From assembly GCA_900546265.1 (NCBI GenBank), contig URCA01000015.1:1542-65541 (forward strand): DNA of 64,000 nt. Direction: 5' to 3'. Origin of the DNA: an uncultured Oscillospiraceae bacterium (lineage in GTDB: Bacteria; Bacillota; Clostridia; Oscillospirales; Acutalibacteraceae). Below, one piece after another: positions 53,838 to 61,311 of the stretch; the first letter of the stretch is position 1, and every line of letters begins with the position of its first letter. The notes under the pieces were generated by a model. The model did not search any database, was not told the origin of the DNA, and saw nothing but the letters and a program-made list of their open reading frames with translations. A program made the position numbers and the translations under genes.

Positions 53838-54968
53838 CTATTTCTGATATTCCTGACGCTGTTCAAACGCCTGATCCTCCAGCTGCTCCATTCGGAGCCT
53901 AGCATACAGCTTGGCCGACGCGTCGAATAAAGTTGTCAGTTTGTCGGCGGTCACCCGGTAATCCTCCGGTGAGCGGGCAGCGTGCTCCCCTAAGTCCGTC
54001 ATAACTACCCGTACCGCCCGCTCAAACGCCGTCTGCCGGGCGGTCACCGGGCTTTTGTCCCGGTAGGAGCGGTAGCCCGCCCGGTACTCCCGGCGGAACC
54101 CATCGAAGCCGTCCACACAGTCGGCGCTTACCCCCAACCGGGCGCGGATCAGGCCGACCCCCGTTGCAGCGGTTTCCGCCGTCCGCCGGACGGACTCCAA
54201 ATCACCGGTCTGGCTGTAGTCCTTGTAAAATGTCCAGATCCGCGCTCGTGTCCGTTCCAAGTTGGAACAGGGACGGCACTGCATGGCATCAAGGCTTTCC
54301 ATAAACAAATCCCTGTACACATGGGGAACCGCTGGCTTGGGCGTGCCTCCATGAAGGGCGATAAGATCCTCGTTCCAGTCCTTGCAGCGACTGCGGCCCT
54401 GCCAAATATCCATATACCCGTAATCCCACAGGATGTCCGTTAACCGCTCGGTGGCGTTTAACCCGGCCACGTCGTTGTCCATGCACAGAATCACAGTATG
54501 CAGATGGGGATATTCCTGAAGCCGGCCCAGCATGGCGTGTTCCGCCACGCCGCACAGGGCTACATAGCTATGTTCCTGCCAGTTGTCTGGGTAGAGCGTC
54601 AGATAACTCAACAGGTCAATAGGCGCCTCGAACACAAACAGCCAGCTGCTCGTCCCAATGCGGCAGAAGCTATAGGCTGGGTTGGATCCGTCCGTATTCC
54701 CTTTGTAGCCGGCACCGTAGCTGTTCAGGCTCCGTTTGTGGGCATGCCGCGGGGTTCCTTCCCTGTCCTTCCCCACAAACACCGCGTTGTGGATCTCCCT
54801 TTTCGGTTCACCAAGAAACTCCCGGCTCTCGTACAGTGTGCGCTCATGCGCAAAGTGTGTGATGACCGCCGGGGCGATATGCCGCTGCTTGATGAGGTAG
54901 GCAAACACCCGGCGCATATTGCCGTTGGCCGCCGGCAGATGAAACGCCGGCGACAGTCCATTCTCCAC
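53838..54968 (-). CDS. DUF3991/Toprim-domain protein (primase-like ICE protein)
   Basis: LFVFEAPIDLLSY (Toprim Glu) and ILCMDNDVAG (DxD). 376 aa. Confidence 0.65.
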   Translation of the reverse strand: MENGLSPAFHLPAANGNMRRVFAYLIKQRHIAPAVITHFAHERTLYESREFLGEPKREIHNAVFVGKDREGTPRHAHKRSLNSYGAGYKGNTDGSNPAYSFCRIGTSSWLFVFEAPIDLLSYLTLYPDNWQEHSYVALCGVAEHAMLGRLQEYPHLHTVILCMDNDVAGLNATERLTDILWDYGYMDIWQGRSRCKDWNEDLIALHGGTPKPAVPHVYRDLFMESLDAMQCRPCSNLERTRARIWTFYKDYSQTGDLESVRRTAETAATGVGLIRARLGVSADCVDGFDGFRREYRAGYRSYRDKSPVTARQTAFERAVRVVMTDLGEHAARSPEDYRVTADKLTTLFDASAKLYARLRMEQLEDQAFEQRQEYQK

Positions 54969-55010
54969 TGGATCCCTCCCGATAAAAAGAAAAAGCGCGG
55001 TTTCCCGCGC

Positions 55011-57605
55011 CTATAACCTCAATGACCGTTTCTGTCCTTCCCTATATCCAAGGGCCGCCCTTTTTTCCGCCATTTCCGCCAGCAGCTTGGAATCCGTGTG
55101 AATATCCATCAGCCGCAGGCTTTCCGTCTGACCATCCAACAGCCGCGCCACACCCTGAAGCAACCCCAGCACCGCCGTTTGTGGAGAAACAGACGGTTTC
55201 TTGGTATGCTCCAATAACCGGCTGGCGTATTGGTTTCCCTGTGCAGCGGAACGATGCAGCCAATACAGCGCCCGTTCTCTATCCTCCGGCACATCTATTC
55301 CAAACAGGTACAGCTTGCCAAGCGTGTACTCTGCATACTGGTTTCCCTGTGCCGCTGATCGTTCGAGATAGAATAGGGCCTTGCCCGTGTCTTTGAGCAC
55401 ATCCTCTCCCTTGAAGAACAGCTTGCCGAGCGCGTACTCCGCATACTGGTTTCCCTTTGCCGCCGACCGTTCCAGATAGGTAGTGGCTCTTGCTGTGTCT
55501 TTTGGCACACCTTCGCCCTTTAGATACAATTTGCCGAGGGAGTATTCCGCAAAATCGTGACCCGCGTCCGCCGCTTTTGCAAACCAGAAAGTCGCCTGCT
55601 GCGGATTATAGTCCACATACTCCTTTTTGAGGTAAAGTGTTCCCAAGCCATAGTAGGCATTGACGTTCTTCAGCACGGCGGACTTTCCCAGATAGGTTTT
55701 CGCCAGTTCAAAATTGACAGATGTTCCGATGCCGGACAGGTTCATCCGCCCTAGCCGGTAAGCCAAGTTTTCGTCGCCACGTTCCTGTTCCAAGGCCACA
55801 AAGCGGGTATAAGCGGCAGAATACCATCGCTTCGACTTTGCCGCATCGCGTTCTGTCCCTCTGCCATCTCTATACATACCGCCCAGTTCATACATGGCGT
55901 AGGCGTTGGGCTGTTTTTCATGTTCCGCCGCCATCGAATACAAGGAGAAAGCCTGTGCCTCGTCCTTGTCTACCCCCTGACCGCGATGGTAAAGACCGCC
56001 CAAAGCATACGCCGCAAAAGGATTGTCCTGCTTCACCGCCTTGGCATACCAGCCAGCGGCTTGAGTGTAATCCTGCTCCGTACCATAGCCGAGGGCATGC
56101 ATCTTACCGATGCGGTACTGAATATACCCCTTTTGTTCCGCCTCCATGAAACCGGAAAGCGCCAGCTGGAACCATTGTTGCGCTTCATCTGTGTCTTTCT
56201 CACAGCCATTTCCGTCCAGCCGCATTTTGCCGACGTCATAAATCGCCAGAATATTTCCCCTGCGTGCTTCCGTCAGCATGAGGCCATAAGCCTCCCCTGC
56301 CCTATCGTCACCGCCGTTGTACCAGAGTTTCCGGGCCGCCTTGTATGCATCCGACCACTTTATGGCCGGCTCGTCCGCTTCCACAAGCGGTTCACCCGCA
56401 CAGTCTGACGGAGGCAAATCGGCGTCATCCTGCTCATCTGGCCAGCCGGAATCTTCGTCCCAACCAGATTCGGGCTCTTCCATCGGTGAGTGAGAGGACA
56501 AGGAAAGCGCCGCACGTATGACCATGTTCTGAACGGGACGGAATTCCTTTCGGCTGGACAGAGGCTGAGATTCTCGTTCTGTATCGGAATAGGTTTCCAG
56601 AATCGCTCTACGCTGCTCCTGCCAAATCTTGTACAAGGCCGCGATCTGATCGTTCTCCACCAACCGGTCGACAGCCGTGTTCACCAACCGCTTTACGTCC
56701 GGCGGCAGATATTGATAAATCCGTTTTCCCGGTACATCCTGCAGCCGGTCGCGGAGTTGTGTCAGCATCGTCTCCAGCTGCTCATCTGCATAGTCACCCG
56801 CATCGATACGGTAGGTCAGATCTTTTAGCAGTCTCCCGGCCTTCTCCCGGAGGGCGTCGCGGGCATCCGTCTGCTGATCGTAAAGCTGCTTCAGCGTGTC
56901 CTGAAAAATAACCTTTGCAAAACCACCGCGCATACGTTCAATGCCGGTATTGGTCAAATACCCCTCAGCAGGATCAGAGGAATAGACAAGGAGATGAACA
57001 TGAGGGTGTGAATCCTCATTGTGGTAAGCCGCCACCCACCGCAGGTTTGCCGGATCGATTTTGTGACCCTCAGCCAGCAGGGACAGGCTGTTTCGCAGCA
57101 ATGTCTTATAAGCCGCCTGATTGTCGTAGCCCAGCCTGGCGGCATCCTCGCGCCGCAGACTCAGCACATGCGACCAAACAATACCCTGGTGGCCAGCCAC
57201 TTCGTTCACGATTTTATTCAGAGAACGCGACTTATCTGTCTGGGAAAACAAGCCATGCGCCGCCTGTTTTTCCACGCCGGGCCGCATCCCCATATACCGG
57301 ACAAACTCTCCCCTGCCGACGATTTGATCGGCATACTGTTCCATGACGGTGCTGATGAATTTCGAGGCGCTTTCTCGGTTTGGCTGCTGCTGATATTCCG
57401 CGTACTCCGGTAATGTGGCGACATCCGGCAGTTCACCGCGAAGCCGAGTAATGAGCGCCTGCTGCTTCTCTGTTGCCGGCAGTTCCGGCCACCCCGCCGG
57501 ACACAATTCCACGCCCGGCCGCGTCCCCATGTATTCAACGAGATTTGCCAGCTGGGCAATGGGTGCTTGACTCAGATATCGGCTTGTAAAGATAATCCGT
57601 GGCAT
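55011..57605 (-). CDS. Relaxase (MobL/MOBQ-like N-terminal domain) fused to a long Sel1/TPR-like repeat array
   Basis: N-terminus MPRIIFTSRYL...; histidine motif AAYHNEDSHPHVHLLVYS; acidic linker (EEPESGWDEDSGWPDEQDDAD). About ten repeats of the type AxYxLGxxYxxGxGVxxDxxxAxxWxxxAA follow. Confidence 0.7.
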   Translation of the reverse strand: MPRIIFTSRYLSQAPIAQLANLVEYMGTRPGVELCPAGWPELPATEKQQALITRLRGELPDVATLPEYAEYQQQPNRESASKFISTVMEQYADQIVGRGEFVRYMGMRPGVEKQAAHGLFSQTDKSRSLNKIVNEVAGHQGIVWSHVLSLRREDAARLGYDNQAAYKTLLRNSLSLLAEGHKIDPANLRWVAAYHNEDSHPHVHLLVYSSDPAEGYLTNTGIERMRGGFAKVIFQDTLKQLYDQQTDARDALREKAGRLLKDLTYRIDAGDYADEQLETMLTQLRDRLQDVPGKRIYQYLPPDVKRLVNTAVDRLVENDQIAALYKIWQEQRRAILETYSDTERESQPLSSRKEFRPVQNMVIRAALSLSSHSPMEEPESGWDEDSGWPDEQDDADLPPSDCAGEPLVEADEPAIKWSDAYKAARKLWYNGGDDRAGEAYGLMLTEARRGNILAIYDVGKMRLDGNGCEKDTDEAQQWFQLALSGFMEAEQKGYIQYRIGKMHALGYGTEQDYTQAAGWYAKAVKQDNPFAAYALGGLYHRGQGVDKDEAQAFSLYSMAAEHEKQPNAYAMYELGGMYRDGRGTERDAAKSKRWYSAAYTRFVALEQERGDENLAYRLGRMNLSGIGTSVNFELAKTYLGKSAVLKNVNAYYGLGTLYLKKEYVDYNPQQATFWFAKAADAGHDFAEYSLGKLYLKGEGVPKDTARATTYLERSAAKGNQYAEYALGKLFFKGEDVLKDTGKALFYLERSAAQGNQYAEYTLGKLYLFGIDVPEDRERALYWLHRSAAQGNQYASRLLEHTKKPSVSPQTAVLGLLQGVARLLDGQTESLRLMDIHTDSKLLAEMAEKRAALGYREGQKRSLRL

Positions 57606-57688
57606 ATGTTCTCTCCTGGATCTGCGATTACCCTATGAAATTTTCTTTTCTATTTAGCCCGTTCTCTTTATAGTTGACTATTCACTTT

Positions 57689-57709
57689 CCCCTGACACAG
57701 TGTCAGGGG
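57689..57709. promoter_or_regulatory. 21-bp palindrome upstream of the relaxase gene, a candidate oriT inverted repeat or operator
   Basis: CCCCTGACAC-a-GTGTCAGGGG, with a further TGACAC at 57715-57720. It lies about 85-105 nt upstream of the relaxase ATG (57605). Confidence 0.35.
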
Positions 57710-57770
57710 GACTATGACACGATAAAGATACAGCTCACCCTTGGCGGCGGGATCCCGATCTCTGAGGGCA

Positions 57771-57798
57771 TGAAAAAAGCAGAGCCCTAAAGCTCTGC
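57771..57798 (-). terminator. Rho-independent terminator overlapping the PIN gene stop
   Basis: GCAGAGC-tttagg-GCTCTGC on the minus strand, followed by TTTTTTCA. Confidence 0.65.
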
Positions 57799-58185
57799 TC
57801 CTTCGTATTCAAGAAACTGCGCCACACTCATGCATTTGGGGTGCTCCATGTCGAGACATAAAAAATCCTTATCCCCAGTTAGAATCATATCCACGTCTGA
57901 AACGATCGCGGCGTTCAGGATCGGCTGGTCTTTGGCATCCCGTATCAGCTTTTCCGCGTGGCTTACCGCCGGTATGAGCTCATAGGATAACTCTGCCAGC
58001 AGCACCTCCGCATCCGGCAAACACTGCGGCGCCTTGCGCTTCAAGACCTCTCGCAATTCCATAAGGTTTCTGTCGCACAAAACCATGTCGTGGTGCTGCG
58101 TAATATACAGCAGCGCCTTGGCCACTTTGGAGTTCGGGAAAAGGACGGTGGAAATCAGGATATTGGTATCCACTAAAATCCGCAT
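57787..58185 (-). CDS. PIN-domain (VapC-like) toxin
   Basis: 132 aa. MRILVDTNILIS (first acidic residue) and ILTGDKDF. It lies immediately downstream of the AbrB-type gene. Confidence 0.75.
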   Translation of the reverse strand: MRILVDTNILISTVLFPNSKVAKALLYITQHHDMVLCDRNLMELREVLKRKAPQCLPDAEVLLAELSYELIPAVSHAEKLIRDAKDQPILNAAIVSDVDMILTGDKDFLCLDMEHPKCMSVAQFLEYEGAEL

Positions 58186-58187
58186 AT

Positions 58188-58445
58188 TTACTTGTCCTTT
58201 CCGTACCGTACTTCATCGACAAGCGCCTGCACGTCGTCATCGGTATACACACCGATCTCCTCCGCGACGCCTTCAAAGGCTTTTTGTGCTTTATAAATCG
58301 CTTGGGCGGAAGCATTGTTGATGACAACCTCCCCATTCGGTTTCTGGAAAAACAGGATTTTGTCTCCGGATTTCAAGCCGAGGAGCCGGCGGATTTCAAC
58401 CGGGATGGTAATCTGCCCATTGGCGGATATTTTGGCTAAGTTCAT
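58188..58445 (-). CDS. AbrB/MazE/SpoVT-type antitoxin
   Basis: Trimmed to ATG 58445 (AAAGGGTG RBS). MNLAKISANGQITIPVEIRRLLGLKSGDKILF is a swapped-hairpin AbrB fold signature. 85 aa. Confidence 0.75.
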   Translation of the reverse strand: MNLAKISANGQITIPVEIRRLLGLKSGDKILFFQKPNGEVVINNASAQAIYKAQKAFEGVAEEIGVYTDDDVQALVDEVRYGKDK

Positions 58446-58494
58446 ACTATCACCCTTTCGATGGTATATATAGGTAGCGTCAGCATTCTTGAAA

Positions 58495-58521
58495 TCTAAA
58501 GAATACAAAGAATTCTTTAGA
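58495..58521. promoter_or_regulatory. Inverted repeat upstream of the antitoxin gene, a candidate autoregulatory operator
   Basis: TCTAAAGAAT-acaaaga-ATTCTTTAGA, about 50-75 nt upstream of ATG 58445. Confidence 0.4.
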
Positions 58522-58585
58522 CACTATCAGTATATCCCAAAAGGGCAGAAAAGTAAACCACTTCACCTGTAAATTTTTTGCTTCC

Positions 58586-58993
58586 TCATCCGCGCTGATA
58601 CTTGACTGCGTCCTCCAGCCGCATGATACCGTTTGTACGGCGTACCTCATCTACGCACTTGATGTGCAAACGGCGGAGGGTATCGTCGTCCAGTTCCTGC
58701 ATCACCGCCAACAGATTGGAGGTCTTAGCCTGTTCCACGGCCAACTTGAAAATATTACGAGCCAGCCGTTCTTCGCAGGCCGTCACCGCCGACTGAACGA
58801 TGCTGGTCAGAATGGGAGCCAGAGCCGTCAAGCCATCTTCGCTGGCGAGGTAGCTGAGATAGAACTTCACAGCCTTGATAATAAACTCGTTTTTTGACTG
58901 ACAGTTGTCCGATGCGCAAACGGCATCGAGCCGATCATAAAACGATACCGGAGCATTCAGCGTAAACCTCCGTTTTTTCTCTTTCAAGAGCAT
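58586..58993 (-). CDS. Ribbon-helix-helix (CopG/MobC-like) DNA-binding protein
   Basis: The start is set at ATG 58993 (AAGGAAAGG RBS). KRRFTLNAPVSFYDRLDAVCASDNCQSKNEFIIKAVKFYL fits a beta-strand plus two helices. Confidence 0.6.
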   Translation of the reverse strand: MLLKEKKRRFTLNAPVSFYDRLDAVCASDNCQSKNEFIIKAVKFYLSYLASEDGLTALAPILTSIVQSAVTACEERLARNIFKLAVEQAKTSNLLAVMQELDDDTLRRLHIKCVDEVRRTNGIMRLEDAVKYQRG

Positions 58994-59028
58994 GACACCA
59001 ACCTTTCCTTGATTTGCAGCCATTTTTC

Positions 59029-59042
59029 GCTGTCATGACAGC
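59029..59042. promoter_or_regulatory. Perfect 14-bp palindrome GCTGTCATGACAGC upstream of the RHH gene
   Basis: The core CATGACA recurs at 58991-58997 and 59066-59072. Confidence 0.4.
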
Positions 59043-59342
59043 AGCCTTTTACAATATTCTCCCATCATGACAGCAAGGGTAAATCAACCAAAAACCGCAC
59101 ACCGACTAGGTTCGGCGGGCGTTGTCCGCCGATGTGATAGCAACGCTTTAACCTGCACCCCTGACCGGCAGGGCAGGGGCCTCCCTTGGTGGAATCTCTT
59201 TGTCCAAAGCGCCTATATTCGCTGCCCCAGCCCGTTCGTGCCCACAAAGGCTCACATTTAGCCCACACGCCCTTTGGCCCATTGAATGGTACACGGATGC
59301 CACCTTCCCTTCCATCCCTCGACCTGGGGCCGACAGGAGGCG

Positions 59343-59377
59343 GAAAAGCCCGCTGCCAAAAGACAAGCGGGCTTTTC
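59343..59377 (-). terminator. Rho-independent (potentially bidirectional) terminator after 59394-59867
   Basis: GAAAAGCCCGCT-11 nt-AGCGGGCTTTTC. Confidence 0.7.
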
Positions 59378-59393
59378 AAACGCTCCTGATTTT

Positions 59394-59867
59394 TTAGGTG
59401 ATTTCCGTCATGCCTGACGGTTCCTGATCCTCCGTTTGGTTCAGCCCCAAATCCTCCCTAACATCGCGCAGACCTTTCCAGGACTGTCCACTCTCGAAAT
59501 ACTTCCACTCGCCGTCCCGGTTGAAAATATAGACGTATTCCGTCCAATTTTCCGGATCATCCAGTTCCTCCATTGTCATTATTCGCGCCGCGGCGCCTTC
59601 ATCGCCGCGATCACGGCCATAAAAGACACAGACATCCTTCTGTTGCTCATTAAAATCAAAGCCATGACGACGATCCGGAGCCGGATCGATTTTTTCGCGG
59701 AGAATTGATAAATCTCCCAGTTCCAGCAGTTTCTCCACGCGCGCCCGGTCGTTGTAGTATTCCGTCAGCATTTTACCGTTGTAATCAAGGTATCCGTCAA
59801 AATGGCAGTAGATGGTTTTGTATCGATTGTCGCCGACTTCCATGCAGATGTAGCTTCGTGTACTCAT
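59394..59867 (-). CDS. Hypothetical ICE protein (157 aa, acidic C-terminus)
   Basis: Clean ORF with RBS-like GGGGAGGAACA upstream and terminators on both sides. I recognise no motif. Confidence 0.5.
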   Translation of the reverse strand: MSTRSYICMEVGDNRYKTIYCHFDGYLDYNGKMLTEYYNDRARVEKLLELGDLSILREKIDPAPDRRHGFDFNEQQKDVCVFYGRDRGDEGAAARIMTMEELDDPENWTEYVYIFNRDGEWKYFESGQSWKGLRDVREDLGLNQTEDQEPSGMTEIT

Positions 59868-59898
59868 TGTTCCTCCCCTTTACAGAAAATTTAGGTTG

Positions 59899-59931
59899 CA
59901 AAAAAGCTCGCCTCCAACAAGAGACGAGCTT
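59899..59931 (-). terminator. Rho-independent terminator after 59947-60294
   Basis: AGCTCG-14 nt-CGAGCT on the minus strand, followed by TTTTTTG. Confidence 0.5.
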
Positions 59932-59946
59932 ATTACTATCGCGCAA

Positions 59947-60294
59947 CTATGCCATTATACTATTTTCTTCCGGCGCAACACGCGGCTCCTCTGTCAAATT
60001 CGGCTCCATCACTTCCTCGCCCCGGCTGCATTTTCTTCGCTCACCAGTGGGTCTGCGTGGAGAACTCGGACGTTCTGCTTTGTTCGAAGATAGACCATGT
60101 TTCTTTTCCAGAAAGTTCTGAACCGGAAGCGGGACATTTTTACGGAACAGTCGCTGCAGACGCTGTGCCGCCGCTTCTTCCAGTTCCTCCTCGACAGGCC
60201 TTGCGTCGCTGGGCTGATAGAGCCGCAGGGTATCCAGCTGTTCCTCATCCACCGTCAGCTTGATGATGATTTCCGTTTGATCACTCATAACCAT
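59947..60294 (-). CDS. Hypothetical ICE protein (115 aa)
   Basis: The ORF overlaps the stop of the upstream gene by 14 nt. The composition is plausible for coding sequence. No motif recognised. Confidence 0.45.
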   Translation of the reverse strand: MVMSDQTEIIIKLTVDEEQLDTLRLYQPSDARPVEEELEEAAAQRLQRLFRKNVPLPVQNFLEKKHGLSSNKAERPSSPRRPTGERRKCSRGEEVMEPNLTEEPRVAPEENSIMA

Positions 60295-60655
60295 TGCTCT
60301 CCTTCTCCGTCACATCTTCAAATTTATTTTCCCTGCAGGAGAGGCCGCTCTCCTTAAGATAGTCCGCCAATACACGGCGCATCTCCTGCTCCATGTCCGG
60401 TGCATCGATGTTGACCGGTTGCGTCAGCACGTCATACGCAATCCACTCGCTGTCTGTCGGTGCGGATTTGACATACATGTCATACCCCAGAAAACTGACG
60501 CTTCCGGTATGCTGTATAACTGCCTCCAATTTGACGCAGCCCTCAGTTAGCTGGTACACCACCGTTTCGGTATAGTCCTCGTTATTCTGAGAGAGAATAT
60601 CCCGGACTTGTTCGGAGGAGAAATACGCTATAAAGCACGGTTTACATATTCCCAT
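60281..60655 (-). CDS. Hypothetical ICE protein (124 aa)
   Basis: Trimmed to ATG 60655 with GGAGGTGG 8 nt upstream. The longer track ORF has an Arg/Cys-rich, unlikely extension. Confidence 0.5.
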   Translation of the reverse strand: MGICKPCFIAYFSSEQVRDILSQNNEDYTETVVYQLTEGCVKLEAVIQHTGSVSFLGYDMYVKSAPTDSEWIAYDVLTQPVNIDAPDMEQEMRRVLADYLKESGLSCRENKFEDVTEKESNGYE

Positions 60656-60758
60656 TATAAGACCACCTCCTCTCTGCTGGTGTGACCACACCATAGCGGA
60701 TTTCGCCGCACAGCGCAAGCGATACCAGAGAATACAATTGTAAACGTTTTGATAACGC

Positions 60759-61307
60759 CTAACCAGACGAGGGTGAGGGTGCACAAAGCTCCCGAGCCTG
60801 CCGCAGCGTATCGGCGGACACCCTGTCACCGCAAACGCGGCGCAGGGATTGGATCAGTGTATCCTCATCCGTTTGCGGTTGCACCCCACCTTCCCCATCG
60901 ACCGTGACGAAGCATTCCACAAACGAGGAGAACACTTCATCCGCCGGCTGCGGCTGCCCGAAGTAAAGCGTATAGAATACCGACCTAACCCACCGACCAT
61001 CCAGCTTGTCCGCCCCCAGCTGTTTATCTGCCGCCTCCACGGCGCTGTCCAGCTTGTCGAGGCTTGCCTGCATCTCCTGCACGAACACATTTTGGGCGAA
61101 CTCCGGCGGCACCGATGAACCGCCCCCAAATAGCCAGCCCGCCAGTGATTTGCCAATCCCCGAAACGGCATTGACAATGGTGAATAGCACACCAGTAATC
61201 AGAATGAATATACCTATTGCGAACCCGACCGCTATCTTAAGAATTTTGCGCCCCTTCTTACTTTTCAGCAGAGCAGCAGCGGCTTTCACAGCCGCTGTCA
61301 CCGACAC
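60759..61307 (-). CDS. Membrane protein of the conjugation module (one TM segment, 182 aa)
   Basis: GTG 61307 lies 6 nt after GGGAGGTGA, which contains the VirB4 stop. The TM segment is ILKIAVGFAIGIFILITGVLFTIV. Confidence 0.5.
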   Translation of the reverse strand: MSVTAAVKAAAALLKSKKGRKILKIAVGFAIGIFILITGVLFTIVNAVSGIGKSLAGWLFGGGSSVPPEFAQNVFVQEMQASLDKLDSAVEAADKQLGADKLDGRWVRSVFYTLYFGQPQPADEVFSSFVECFVTVDGEGGVQPQTDEDTLIQSLRRVCGDRVSADTLRQARELCAPSPSSG

Positions 61308-61311
61308 GCCG

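Noticed and set aside
59065-59379. 104-aa minus-strand ORF in the ICE intergenic region
   Set aside because: Its composition is Arg/Gly/Pro-rich, it has no RBS, and it spans the terminator hairpin. The region is treated as non-coding.
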